Origin: a bacterium
GTDB lineage: Bacteria > Omnitrophota > Gorgyraeia > Zapsychrales > Zapsychraceae
NCBI GenBank assembly: GCA_030429765.1
Contig: JAUIER010000016.1
Coordinates: forward strand, 38,017 to 102,016
Reading direction: 5' to 3'
Length of the DNA stretch: 64,000 nucleotides
Shown here: positions 37,382 through 47,242 of the stretch, one piece after another
Position numbering within the stretch: the stretch's first letter is position 1
How the letters are laid out: each line of letters starts with the position of its first letter
Program-made: the position numbers and the translations under genes
Notes under the pieces: generated by a model
The model's input: only the letters and a program-made list of their open reading frames with translations
Database searches by the model: none
Told to the model about the DNA's origin: nothing

Positions 37382-37539
37382 TTGGGTTGAAGCTGAGAGA
37401 GCGATGGCGGCTTAATTGGTTCGGAGTATCGAAATTTACATAAGTATATAAATTACAGTAGTTTATGTAATTATTTGGTTCGGAGGGGTGGAAATGGAGG
37501 TTAAATTTGTGCTATACTGTACAGAAAAAGGGAAACCAG

Positions 37540-37980
37540 ATGTCCAAATCATTTAAAGTTACAGCCAGCTTATTGATGTTTTTTTTAATATTTGCAATGG
37601 CAATGTGTCCTCCAGCTGTTGCGGATGAGGTCCCCTTGTACATAAAGTATCGGTTTCAGAAGGAAACCGGTCGTCGGTGGATAGATGCATCGCATGAGCG
37701 GCAACAGAAGTTTTTGGCCGAGGTTCGGGATCGAAACCGAAAGGCCAGAATGCGAAAGCAAGTCAAAGCCATGAAGCAGGCTCAGAAAGCCAGTGTCGAA
37801 CAGTCTCGCCGGGCGGTCAAGGAAGCCAAAGAAAATGCTCGAAAACAGCGACGGCTAGTGAGACAGCAAATCAAGCAGCAAAAACTGCTTTTGCGAAGAC
37901 AAAAAGCTCAGCAAATGCGGGCCAAAATGATTGAGAAAATCCGACAGGCCAGAGAGAAAAGCAAGAGTTTACGTCGTTAG
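37540..37980 (+). CDS. Exported lysine/arginine-rich basic protein
   Basis: The RBS is AAAGGGAAA and the signal peptide is LLMFFLIFAMAMCPPAVA. An ~100 aa K/R/Q-rich helical segment follows. Confidence 0.5.
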   Translation: MSKSFKVTASLLMFFLIFAMAMCPPAVADEVPLYIKYRFQKETGRRWIDASHERQQKFLAEVRDRNRKARMRKQVKAMKQAQKASVEQSRRAVKEAKENARKQRRLVRQQIKQQKLLLRRQKAQQMRAKMIEKIRQAREKSKSLRR

Positions 37981-38737
37981 TATTTTGGATAAAATCGCAG
38001 AACTTACAAATTTTATTTTAACCTCCAAAAACCTATGCTTCTTCACGGGAGCAGGTATATCCACTGACAGCGGTATCAGCGATTACCGCAGCAAGGGCGG
38101 TCTGTGGGACCGCTTCACACCCATCACCATCCAAGAATTTATAGATGATCCAGCCAAACGTCAGGAGTATTGGCGCAGAAAGATCGAGTTGTATCAGAAT
38201 TTTTCCAAGGCCAAGCCTAATCCTGGGCACGTAGCAATTGCCGAATTTGAGCAATTCGCCCCGGTGCGTGGGGTGATTACCCAGAACATTGATGGTTTGC
38301 ATCAGCTCGCCGGAAGTACAGCCGCTCATGTCATTGAGATCCACGGCAGCAACCGGGAAACTATTTGTCTGAATTGTGGAGACTTGACGTCTTGGGAGGA
38401 TTCTTATCAACGTTTGACTAGCGGCGAATCGGCACCGCTTTGTCTCTCCTGCGGCGGTTTGCTCAAACCGAATACCATCTCATTTGGGCAGCGACTCAAC
38501 CCAGAAATTTTGGATAGGGCTGTACAACTGGCCGGTGAATGTGATTTAATGATTGTAGTCGGGTCAACACTCCTCGTGGAGCCGGCGGCAAGTTTACCTC
38601 GCATTGCGAAGAAGAACGGAGCCGCTTTGGTGATCATCACGCTGTCGGATACGCCCTTAGATCAGCTGGCCGATATCAAATTTTCTGAATCAGCATCCGA
38701 CGTTTTATCCGCGGCGGTTGAATCGTGTCGATCTTAA
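37931..38737 (+). CDS. cobB: NAD-dependent protein deacylase, Sir2 family
   Basis: Sir2 motifs are CFFTGAGISTDSGISDYRSKGGLW, ITQNIDGLH and a CxxC...CxxC Zn site. The 5' end overlaps the previous gene. The true start is probably TTG near 37985. Confidence 0.8.
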   Translation: MRKSDRPERKARVYVVSILDKIAELTNFILTSKNLCFFTGAGISTDSGISDYRSKGGLWDRFTPITIQEFIDDPAKRQEYWRRKIELYQNFSKAKPNPGHVAIAEFEQFAPVRGVITQNIDGLHQLAGSTAAHVIEIHGSNRETICLNCGDLTSWEDSYQRLTSGESAPLCLSCGGLLKPNTISFGQRLNPEILDRAVQLAGECDLMIVVGSTLLVEPAASLPRIAKKNGAALVIITLSDTPLDQLADIKFSESASDVLSAAVESCRS

Positions 38738-38756
38738 CCAACCATCTTTAATCCAA

Positions 38757-40121
38757 ATGAATGAGTGGCTTTTAAAAGGCGTAGATTTTGTATGGGGAAT
38801 TCCCCTCATGCTATTTCTTGTAGGGACGGGTCTTTTTCTGACGATTCGGTTGCGTTGTGTTCAATTCCGCGGCTTATCACATGCCGTCCGCGTCGTGAGC
38901 GGAATTTTTGATCGCCAGAATGATCCAGGTGAAATATCACACTTCCGGGCCTTGTCCACGGCCCTGTCAGCAACCATCGGGACCGGGAATATCGTCGGTG
39001 TGGCGGCGGCCATTCTGGCCGGCGGACCGGGCGCTGTGTTCTGGATGTGGGTGACGGCCTGTGTCGGAATGGCCACCAAGTTTTCCAGTTGTACCCTGGC
39101 CGTCCATTTCAGGAAGATTGACGAGCATGGAGAGGCGCATGGCGGTCCGATGCATTTTATCGAACGGGGCATGGGGCGGCAGTTTAAATGGCTGGCCGTG
39201 GCCTTTGCGGGCTTCACGGCGCTGGCCAGTTTTGGTATCGGAAATATGTTCCAGATCAACAGTATGGTCTCGGCGGTGAGTGAGCTCATGTATGGGCAAG
39301 GCATTGAGCCTCACCTGGGATTAAAGTGGGGTATCGGGATTGTCTCGGCGATGGCTGTGGCCAGTGTGATCCTGGGCGGGATCAAGCGAATCGCGGTTAT
39401 TGCGGGATTTCTGGTTCCCTTTATGTGTGCCGCCTACGTGTGTATTGGCCTGTTCATTTTAGTATTGAACGCTGAATCAATCCTCCCGGGAATTAAGCTG
39501 ATTTTGTATCATGCATTTAATGCGCCGGAGTCAGTCACGGGAGGACTCTTGGGTGGAGTGATCCGTTCAGGCGTGGCGCGTGGTTTATTTTCCAATGAGG
39601 CCGGTCTGGGATCGGCGGCGATGGCCCATGGCGCCGCGCGAACGAGCGAGCCGGTGCGGGAAGGTCTTGTGGCCATGTTAGGGCCGTTGATTGACACGCT
39701 CGTGGTCTGCACAATCACGGCGCTGGTGATCGTGAATACCGGTGTTTATGAAACAGTGAAGATCAAAGGACAGCTTACCGCCGCGGCATTTGATGCGGGG
39801 CTTCCGGGAGCCGGTTGGGTTGTCTCGGTCGGGATTATCCTCTTTTCATTTTCAACACTCGTCGCCTGGTCTTACTACGGAGATCGGGCGGTTGACTATC
39901 TGTTCGGACCCCATGCAGTCACACCGTACCGGTTTGTTTACACCGGGTTTATTATATTGGGGGCCGTCCGTCCGCTGGATGAAGTGATCAATTTTTGTGA
40001 CATCATGAACGCGTTGATGGCCATCCCGAATCTGATTGCTATAATCGTCTTGTCCCCGGTGGTGGCGGATCTCACCCGGAATTATATGCGGAATTTGTCC
40101 CACGCCACGACGGGCGAGTAA
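38757..40121 (+). CDS. Alanine/glycine:cation symporter (AGCS family)
   Basis: The N-terminus MNEWLLKGVDFVWGIPLMLFLVGTGLFLTIRL is followed by multi-TM AGCS-like sequence. Confidence 0.7.
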   Translation: MNEWLLKGVDFVWGIPLMLFLVGTGLFLTIRLRCVQFRGLSHAVRVVSGIFDRQNDPGEISHFRALSTALSATIGTGNIVGVAAAILAGGPGAVFWMWVTACVGMATKFSSCTLAVHFRKIDEHGEAHGGPMHFIERGMGRQFKWLAVAFAGFTALASFGIGNMFQINSMVSAVSELMYGQGIEPHLGLKWGIGIVSAMAVASVILGGIKRIAVIAGFLVPFMCAAYVCIGLFILVLNAESILPGIKLILYHAFNAPESVTGGLLGGVIRSGVARGLFSNEAGLGSAAMAHGAARTSEPVREGLVAMLGPLIDTLVVCTITALVIVNTGVYETVKIKGQLTAAAFDAGLPGAGWVVSVGIILFSFSTLVAWSYYGDRAVDYLFGPHAVTPYRFVYTGFIILGAVRPLDEVINFCDIMNALMAIPNLIAIIVLSPVVADLTRNYMRNLSHATTGE

Positions 40122-40162
40122 AAATTCCTTGTCATCCGGCGGTCGAATCATATAATTGTAGG

Positions 40163-40831
40163 ATGTCAAAAACGACCCATCACATCAAGGCCGTCATCTT
40201 CGATATGGACGGCGTGATCACGAATACAATGCCGGACCATCACCGCGCCTGGAAAGTCACCCTGGATAAATACGGTATTCCGCTGACGCATGAGGATGTT
40301 TATACCCGAGAAGGTCAGCCGGGAGACGAGGCATTGGTGGAGATATTCGCCAAGTACAAGGTTTCCGGGCGGGATTCCGAAATTCCCGTGATTTTGCGGG
40401 AAAAAGAGGAGTATTTTAAAGAAATTGTTCGGTTGAGATTTATTCCAAAATCAAGGACCCTGCTTCGAACATTACACAAACGCGGTATTCACCTGGCGCT
40501 GGTCACCGGGACGGCCCGGCATGAGCTTAAAAAGATTTTACCGGATTCCCTGGCCAGTCTGTTTTCGGTGGTTGTCACGGGAACGGATGTCACGAATGGC
40601 AAGCCTCATCCGGAGCCGTTTTTAAAAGCCCTAAAGCATTTGGCTATTCCGGCCCATGAGGCGGTGGTGATTGAAAACGCACCGTACGGTATCCGGTCGG
40701 CCAAATCAGCGGGCCTCAAGTGCATCGCCCTGGAAACATCTTTATCTCGGCAACATTTATTCGAAGCGGATCATATATTTGAATCCATGACCGATCTCAA
40801 TGAAAAAGTACATTTTGAACTGATCGCATGA
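40163..40831 (+). CDS. HAD-superfamily hydrolase (beta-phosphoglucomutase-like)
   Basis: IKAVIFDMDGVITNT is motif I and LVTGT is motif II. The C-terminus is GxENAPxG. Confidence 0.7.
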   Translation: MSKTTHHIKAVIFDMDGVITNTMPDHHRAWKVTLDKYGIPLTHEDVYTREGQPGDEALVEIFAKYKVSGRDSEIPVILREKEEYFKEIVRLRFIPKSRTLLRTLHKRGIHLALVTGTARHELKKILPDSLASLFSVVVTGTDVTNGKPHPEPFLKALKHLAIPAHEAVVIENAPYGIRSAKSAGLKCIALETSLSRQHLFEADHIFESMTDLNEKVHFELIA

Positions 40832-41691
40832 AATCCAGCAAAATTTTAGTCCTCTACAAAAAGACCGCCTATTCCATTTACAAAGGCGAAAAAATCATCG
40901 GTGATTCGGCGGCAACGTCATTGCTGAGGGCCGAACATCGGCGCCTGCGAAAGGCCCACGACGAGCATCATCAGACTTATGAGCATGTCATCCAATCGCT
41001 GAAAGAGATGGGTGTGGCGTTTAAGGCATTTTACCGCGGGCGGGAAATTCCGTTTCGGGATTACGATATTGTGCTCACCATCGGAGGTGACGGAACATTT
41101 CTGAAGGCTTCATCTTTTCTGGATAAACAATTGATTATCGGGATCAACTCTGCGCCATCTTACAGCGTCGGGCGGTTGTGTACTATGAAATTGGATTCAT
41201 TTCAATCGACGATGTCAAAGGTGATGGCCGGCCGTCACAAAGTCCGGGAATTGCAGCGTATTGAATTACGGGTGGGTAAAAGGCCCCCACTGAATGTTCT
41301 TAACGATGTGCTGATCGCGCATTCCAACCCCGCCGTGTTGAGCCGCTATTCGTTGAAGATCGCCGGCAAGCAAGAAGAGCAGCGAAGTTCGGGTATTTGG
41401 GTTTCCACTCCGGTGGGCAGTTCGGGAGCTATCGGCTCGGCCGGGGGTAAACAGTTGCCGGCATATGCCAAAAAGTTTCAGTATCTGCCCCGGGAGCTGT
41501 ATGAAGGTTTGTATGATCCCTACAAATTAGTCGGGGGTGTTCTGGGGCCGCGGGCTTCACTTAATCTCGTATCCTTGATGCCCAAAGGCCGGGTGTATGT
41601 CGATGGGGGACAGAATCAGATTGAGTTTCCCTACGGAGAGCACATCCGGTTGACGCTATCCAAAAACCCAATAAGGACATTACCCCTATGA
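40828..41691 (+). CDS. nadK: NAD kinase
   Basis: GGDGTFL is the signature. The protein is 287 aa, matching NadK length. Confidence 0.75.
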   Translation: MKSSKILVLYKKTAYSIYKGEKIIGDSAATSLLRAEHRRLRKAHDEHHQTYEHVIQSLKEMGVAFKAFYRGREIPFRDYDIVLTIGGDGTFLKASSFLDKQLIIGINSAPSYSVGRLCTMKLDSFQSTMSKVMAGRHKVRELQRIELRVGKRPPLNVLNDVLIAHSNPAVLSRYSLKIAGKQEEQRSSGIWVSTPVGSSGAIGSAGGKQLPAYAKKFQYLPRELYEGLYDPYKLVGGVLGPRASLNLVSLMPKGRVYVDGGQNQIEFPYGEHIRLTLSKNPIRTLPL

Positions 41692-42047
41692 AAAGTGTAT
41701 TGATCATTTCACACGGCAGCCGTTCGGCGAAGACCAAAGAAGAGGTCGAACAGTTGGTTGAAAAACTCAAGGTCAGGAATTCTGAGCTGATCTTTCGATA
41801 TGGATTTCTGGAACTTGAATCACCAAGCATTCCGGAGGGGATTGATCAATGTGTGGCGGCCGGAGCCAATGAAGTCCTGGTCCTGCTGAACTTTCTCAAT
41901 GCCGGACGTCATGTGGACAAAGATATTCCAGAGATCGTCGAGGAGTCCCGCCAAAAACATCCGAAGGTCTGTATACATATCAGTCCGCCGGTGGGGCAAC
42001 ACCCCGGCATCGTGCAATTATTTACCGATATCATCCATGACAACTAA
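41688..42047 (+). CDS. CbiX/SirB-type small sirohydrochlorin chelatase
   Basis: MKSVLIISHGSRSAKTKEE... is the CbiX(S) pattern with a catalytic His. Confidence 0.6.
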   Translation: MKSVLIISHGSRSAKTKEEVEQLVEKLKVRNSELIFRYGFLELESPSIPEGIDQCVAAGANEVLVLLNFLNAGRHVDKDIPEIVEESRQKHPKVCIHISPPVGQHPGIVQLFTDIIHDN

Positions 42048-42053
42048 TTTTCC

Positions 42054-43103
42054 ATGACTTCCCGGCCTTCCATCGCCAGATTACTGAATAATTGGTACCG
42101 AAAGAATTCCCGGGCCCTACCGTGGCGTGAAACCACGGATCCCTACAAGATCTGGATATCCGAGGTCATGCTCCAGCAAACCACCGTGGCGACGGTTATT
42201 CCATACTATCAGAAATGGACCAGCAAATATCCTACGGTCCATGCCGTCGCACAGGCGTCCGAACAGGAATTGCTCAAGATGTGGCAGGGGCTCGGATACT
42301 ATCAGCGTGCCAAGAATCTTCACAAAGCGTCTCGCATCATTTCCCAAGAACTCAACGGCAAACTGCCATCAACCCGGGAGGAGTTGAGTAAGCTTCCAGG
42401 CTTCGGGCCATATACCACGGGCGCGGTCCTGAGCATAGCCTTTGACAAAAGAGAGCCGATCGTCGATGCCAACGTTCGTCGTGTGGTGATGCGTTTACTC
42501 GCGATTGAAGGAGAGGCGACACCCAAGGTGGACAATCAGATTACCGAGTATCTCTGGGAAGTGATGCCGCAACGTAATTTGCGTACGTTTAATCAGGCCT
42601 TGATGGAGCTCGGCGCTTTGGTGTGCCGCAGCAAATCACCATTGTGTTTGCTGTGTCCGCTCAAAGACCATTGCGCGGCGTATCGCCAGGGCGTGCAGGA
42701 GATCATTCCGCCTCCCAAGCGGAAAGTCATAAAGGATCTCGATGTCGCGATCGCGGTCATAGAAGCTGATGGAAAGTATCTGATCCAAAAACGCGGTTCC
42801 AAGGGGCTGATGGCGGATCTGTGGGAATTTCCTGGCGGTAAGATTGAGTCCGGCGAAAGTCCGCGACAGGCCTTGAAGCGGGAGGTTCGCGAGGAGGTGG
42901 ATATTGAGATTGCAGAGATCCGCCACTTTATCGATCTCAAGCATTACTATACCCAGTTTAGAGTCCACCTGAAGGTATTCCTGTGCCGGCCTGAGAATCC
43001 GCCGGTGGAGACGGCGGATCGTCAATGGGTGTCCAGGGCTGATTTGTCCCGCTTTCCGATGCCTTCCGGAAGTGCCAAAATAGTTGACAAACTACAGCAA
43101 TGA
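42054..43103 (+). CDS. mutY: A/G-specific adenine DNA glycosylase
   Basis: LLNNWYRKNSRALPWR...YKIWISEVMLQQT is the HhH-GPD N-terminus. A 4Fe-4S cluster motif and a Nudix-like C-domain follow. Confidence 0.85.
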   Translation: MTSRPSIARLLNNWYRKNSRALPWRETTDPYKIWISEVMLQQTTVATVIPYYQKWTSKYPTVHAVAQASEQELLKMWQGLGYYQRAKNLHKASRIISQELNGKLPSTREELSKLPGFGPYTTGAVLSIAFDKREPIVDANVRRVVMRLLAIEGEATPKVDNQITEYLWEVMPQRNLRTFNQALMELGALVCRSKSPLCLLCPLKDHCAAYRQGVQEIIPPPKRKVIKDLDVAIAVIEADGKYLIQKRGSKGLMADLWEFPGGKIESGESPRQALKREVREEVDIEIAEIRHFIDLKHYYTQFRVHLKVFLCRPENPPVETADRQWVSRADLSRFPMPSGSAKIVDKLQQ

Positions 43104-43146
43104 TGATATCCTTACTAGCCTAATCAAGTTAGTAAGGATTAAAACA

Positions 43147-43569
43147 ATGCGTATTTCAGCCAAAATTGATTATGCCTGCCGGGCGCTTCTGGAGCTGTCC
43201 CTGCATTGGCCCAACAAGACACCGTTGCAGATCAGTGAGATCTCCCGGCGTCAAGACATTTCGATACAGTTCCTGACGCAGATCCTGATATCGCTCAAGC
43301 AGCTCGGTTATACGGAAAGTGTCCGCGGAAAACGCGGTGGATATCTGCTGTCGAGGTCGCCGCAAGATATCAAGCTTGATCAGGTGGTGGTGGATCTGGG
43401 CAGCGTCGGATACAGCGTGGCGGAGCGGACGTCGGACGAAAACAGTGTAATGGATCAGATCTGGGCCGAGGTGGACGAGGCCGTGCTCAAGGCGATGGCG
43501 AATATTACGTTTGAAGATATCGCCAACCGGCAGAAGTCCCAGGAAAATATAGTGATGTTCGACATCTAA
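43147..43569 (+). CDS. Rrf2-family transcriptional regulator (CymR/IscR-like)
   Basis: MRISAKIDYACRALLELSLHWPNKTPLQISEISRRQDISIQFLTQILISLKQLGYTESVRGKRGGYLL has an HTH. It sits in front of the cysteine/sulfate genes. Confidence 0.8.
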   Translation: MRISAKIDYACRALLELSLHWPNKTPLQISEISRRQDISIQFLTQILISLKQLGYTESVRGKRGGYLLSRSPQDIKLDQVVVDLGSVGYSVAERTSDENSVMDQIWAEVDEAVLKAMANITFEDIANRQKSQENIVMFDI

Positions 43570-43603
43570 TCGATGCACACGATACAAGCGGATTAACGGA
43601 TTT

Positions 43604-44590
43604 ATGGTCTTTGTCATTTTCTTACTGGCCGTGTTCTTTGCCACCAATATGGGAGGCGCCAGTTTTGCCGCCTCTTTTTCAGCGCCCTATGGCGGAAAAG
43701 TGATCGGACACGGACGGGCTGCGATTTTGTTTATTGTCTTTGTCCTGATAGGCGCTGTGCTATTCGGACAAAACGTGGCGGTCACGTTAGGCAATAACAT
43801 CGTGCCGGCGTCGGCGATGACAGGCAAGGCCATCGTTATTGTCTTTTTATCCGCGGGGCTCAGCATGTTTGTGGCCAATCGTGCCAACATCCCGCAGTCA
43901 ACCAGTCTGGTAACGGTCGCGGCGATTGCCGGAGTCGGATGCTACATCGGTGATGTCAATACACGTGAGATTTTACGTTTTGTCCCGTTCTGGATCTTAC
44001 TGCCACTGCTGAGTTATTTGATGACGTATATCTGCGTCGGACGGATCTATCCGCCCCGGGCGGGTAACTTTTGGATTTATCAGAAGTTAGTGAACCAGAA
44101 AAGCAAGCTCAAGGCGTTTGTTCTGATCGCCAGTTGTTACAACGCTTTCTCCGTCGGGACCAACAATGTCGCCAATGTGGTCGGGCCGATGATGGGATAT
44201 GGCCACACACCATCTGGACAATATGGTTTTGGAGGAGATGCCTCGGCTATACTGATGCCGGTTATGGCCGTTATTTACGGGCTTGGGGCGGTGCTGTTTA
44301 CCGGCCCAATCAAAACGGCCGGCAACAAAATCGTGCCGTTGGGATTGATGACGGCATCGGTTATTTCATTTATCAGCGGAACGCTCATGATCATTGCGTC
44401 GTGGTGGGGCGTTCCGCAATCATTTGTCATGCTCCAGATGGGCGCGCTATTTGCCGTGTCGAGTTTGAAGCACGGCACGGAGTACACGCTTAAAAATCCA
44501 TTGATTCAGCGCACGTTTTATACCTGGACTATTAATCCCGTGATCACATTGTTTATCAGTTACGGATTGTGTTTTTTAATTATGAGGTAA
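43604..44590 (+). CDS. cysP: PiT-family anion permease, probably the sulfate permease CysP
   Basis: NMGGASFAASF is typical of the PHO4/PiT family. Its position mirrors Bacillus subtilis cysP, a PiT-family sulfate permease, ahead of cysK-cysH-cysD-cysN. Confidence 0.6.
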   Translation: MVFVIFLLAVFFATNMGGASFAASFSAPYGGKVIGHGRAAILFIVFVLIGAVLFGQNVAVTLGNNIVPASAMTGKAIVIVFLSAGLSMFVANRANIPQSTSLVTVAAIAGVGCYIGDVNTREILRFVPFWILLPLLSYLMTYICVGRIYPPRAGNFWIYQKLVNQKSKLKAFVLIASCYNAFSVGTNNVANVVGPMMGYGHTPSGQYGFGGDASAILMPVMAVIYGLGAVLFTGPIKTAGNKIVPLGLMTASVISFISGTLMIIASWWGVPQSFVMLQMGALFAVSSLKHGTEYTLKNPLIQRTFYTWTINPVITLFISYGLCFLIMR

Positions 44591-44591
44591 T

Positions 44592-45524
44592 ATGTCAGCC
44601 AAGATCGTTGATACAGTGATAGATTTGATTGGAAATACCCCTTTGATTCGGTTAAACCGGATCCGGTTGGACGACCAGTCGGCGGAGATTCTCGGAAAAC
44701 TGGAATCCTTTAACCCGGGCGGCAGCGTGAAGGACCGGCCATGTCTGGAGATGATTGAAGCGGCGGAACGCGAAGGATTGATCAGTGAGGGAACCACGAT
44801 CATTGAGCCCACTACGGGCAACACCGGTATTGGCCTGGCCATGATTTGCGCGGTCAAAAAGTACAAATGTATTTTGACCATGCCCGAGGACTTGAGTCTG
44901 GAGAGGATCTATCTGTTGCGCTCCTACGGGGCCGAAGTGGTCTTGACCCCGGCCCGGGCGGGTGTACGCGGCTCCATCGAGCGGGCTGAGCAGTTGCACA
45001 AGAAGATCAAGAACAGCTTTATTCCGCTTCAGTTCAAAAGCCGTTCCAATCCCGAGGCCCACCGCAAAAGCACAGCCGTCGAAATTCTGGATGCCTGTGA
45101 TGGTCGGATAGACGCCTTTGTCGCCGGCGTGGGAACAGGCGGGACGATTACCGGAGTCGGAGAGATTCTTAAGGAACGGATCAGTCACGTGAAGGTGGTG
45201 GCTGTCGAGCCTGAGACCTCGGCGGTTTTATCCGGACAAAAGCCGGGGCAACATCGTATCCAAGGGATCGGCGCCGGTTTTGTTCCGGAGATCCTGAATC
45301 GATCTATTATAGATGAAATCATTCCCGTGTCGGATCAGGACGCGTTTGATATGACGCGTTTGCTGGGATCCCGGGAAGGGCTTTGCGTGGGCATATCGGC
45401 GGGGGCGAATGTGGTGGCTGCCCGTCAAGTGGCGCAGCAATTAGGGCCTGATAAACGGGTGGTCACGATTTTATGTGATACCGGCGAACGATATTTTTCA
45501 ACCGAACAGTTTTTTACCGCTTAG
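44592..45524 (+). CDS. cysK: Cysteine synthase A (O-acetylserine sulfhydrylase)
   Basis: PLIRLNRI, the PLP-lysine context SVKDRP, TGNTGIGLAM and GVGTGGTITG. Confidence 0.9.
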   Translation: MSAKIVDTVIDLIGNTPLIRLNRIRLDDQSAEILGKLESFNPGGSVKDRPCLEMIEAAEREGLISEGTTIIEPTTGNTGIGLAMICAVKKYKCILTMPEDLSLERIYLLRSYGAEVVLTPARAGVRGSIERAEQLHKKIKNSFIPLQFKSRSNPEAHRKSTAVEILDACDGRIDAFVAGVGTGGTITGVGEILKERISHVKVVAVEPETSAVLSGQKPGQHRIQGIGAGFVPEILNRSIIDEIIPVSDQDAFDMTRLLGSREGLCVGISAGANVVAARQVAQQLGPDKRVVTILCDTGERYFSTEQFFTA

Positions 45525-45536
45525 GAGAATTTTCTG

Positions 45537-46262
45537 ATGAAAGAAAAAATCAATGACTATATCCAGCAGACCGGCGGGTTTGAGGCCGAAGAGATCCTGA
45601 AATTTGCCTATTCAGAATTTGGCGATCGATTGTCCTTCGCGACAAGTCTCGGCGAGGAAGATCAGGTCTTGACCGATTTGATCGCCAAGGCTGAACCACG
45701 GATTCGGATATTCACCCTGGACACGGGGCGATTATTTCAGGAAAGTTATGATCTGCTCGCCAAGAATCAAAAACGCTATCCAATGGCGGTGGATGTTTAC
45801 TTTCCTAACGCGGCGAAGATAGAATCGATGGTCAAAGAACATGGTGTTAATTTGTTTTACGATAGCGTCGAGAATCGAAAGATGTGTTGCGGAGTTCGCA
45901 AGGTTGAGCCGTTGCAACGTGCGCTTTCGACGGTGGATGCGTGGATTACCGGCCTGCGGCGGTCTCAGTCAGTAACCAGGGCGAACATGAAGACGTTTGA
46001 GTGGGATGATGCCAATCAAAAGGTCAAGATCAATCCATTGGCCGATTGGTCATTGGACCGATTGCGGGAATACATTCAAACAAACAAGGTGGATGTGAGT
46101 CCGTTGCATGAAAAGGGATTTGTAAGTATTGGTTGCGCGCCGTGTACGCGTGCCATCAAGCCGGGGGAAGATATCCGTGCCGGACGGTGGTGGTGGGAAG
46201 CGCCGGAACAGAAAGAATGTGGTTTACACAACAATCCCAATCGTCCCCCGGCCAAGTCGTAA
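45537..46262 (+). CDS. cysH: Assimilatory adenylylsulfate (APS) reductase, thioredoxin-dependent
   Basis: The PAPS_reduct fold has a CysCys...CxxC iron-sulfur motif (MCCGVRK, GCAPCTR) and a terminal ECGLH. Confidence 0.8.
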   Translation: MKEKINDYIQQTGGFEAEEILKFAYSEFGDRLSFATSLGEEDQVLTDLIAKAEPRIRIFTLDTGRLFQESYDLLAKNQKRYPMAVDVYFPNAAKIESMVKEHGVNLFYDSVENRKMCCGVRKVEPLQRALSTVDAWITGLRRSQSVTRANMKTFEWDDANQKVKINPLADWSLDRLREYIQTNKVDVSPLHEKGFVSIGCAPCTRAIKPGEDIRAGRWWWEAPEQKECGLHNNPNRPPAKS

Positions 46263-46315
46263 TTTTCGAGCGTATAGGGAATCTATTCAAAGTTTAATTC
46301 ATACAGGAGCAAGAC

Positions 46316-47212
46316 ATGAGCAAGCAAACGATGACGAAACTAGATGAAATTGAGGCGCAAAGTATATTTATCTTTCGTGAAGCCTACCGCGAGTTCAAGA
46401 ATCTCGCGATGCTGTGGTCGATTGGAAAGGACAGTACCGTACTCTTGTGGTTGGCCCGTAAGGCCTTCTTCGGTCACGTGCCGTTTCCATTGGTTCATAT
46501 TGATACCAGTTACAAGATCCCGGCGATGATCGAGTATCGGGACAAGCTGGCCAAGGAGTGGAAGCTTAATATGGTCTATGGCCAGAACAAACAAGCCCTA
46601 AAGGACAAACAAACGTATCCCGATGGAGCGATTGATCGAATCTCCTGCTGCAAGGCCTTAAAATCAGAAGCGCTCAAGCATACCCTGGCCGGCTCATGGC
46701 CGCGATTTCGGTTGAATCATGAGATCGGTGAGTATGAGGTCGATACCAACACAGAGCCGTACACAGGTGTTATTGTCGGTGTTCGAGCGGATGAAGAAGG
46801 CAGTCGCTCCAAGGAACGGTATTTCTCGCCGCGGGATAGAAACAATGATTGGGACGTCGGTGATCAGCCGCCGGAGCTTTGGAATCAGTTCAAGACCGAT
46901 TTTGCGCCGGGAACTCACCTGCGGATTCATCCACTGCTGGACTGGACGGAGTTGAATATCTGGGAGTACATCGAACGTGAAAATATTCCGATTATTGATC
47001 TGTATTTTGATCAAGGCGAGGGGACGCGTTACCGGTCTCTTGGATGTATGCCGTGCACATTACCGGTTGAATCGACGGCCAAGAATGTACCGGAGATTGT
47101 CGAGGAGCTTCGATCCGGAAAATTTAAAAACATAGCCGAACGATCCGGTCGAGCTCAGGACAAAGAGGACGGCGGCGGTCTGGAAACACTGCGGGTTGAC
47201 GGATATATGTAG
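46316..47212 (+). CDS. cysD: Sulfate adenylyltransferase subunit 2
   Basis: The ATP-PPase-type protein has [16 protein letters not shown] and CysD-typical length and context. Confidence 0.85.
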   Translation: MSKQTMTKLDEIEAQSIFIFREAYREFKNLAMLWSIGKDSTVLLWLARKAFFGHVPFPLVHIDTSYKIPAMIEYRDKLAKEWKLNMVYGQNKQALKDKQTYPDGAIDRISCCKALKSEALKHTLAGSWPRFRLNHEIGEYEVDTNTEPYTGVIVGVRADEEGSRSKERYFSPRDRNNDWDVGDQPPELWNQFKTDFAPGTHLRIHPLLDWTELNIWEYIERENIPIIDLYFDQGEGTRYRSLGCMPCTLPVESTAKNVPEIVEELRSGKFKNIAERSGRAQDKEDGGGLETLRVDGYM

Positions 47213-47242
47213 GTACATCATAGGCGCTAATCAATCGTAGAT

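Noticed and set aside
37382-37506. An inverted repeat AATTACATAA...TTATGTAATT and a CRISPR-like or repeat element in the AT-rich gap before the K-rich protein gene
   Set aside because: There is a single copy with a long spacer and no array periodicity. It is more likely an AT-rich promoter region.
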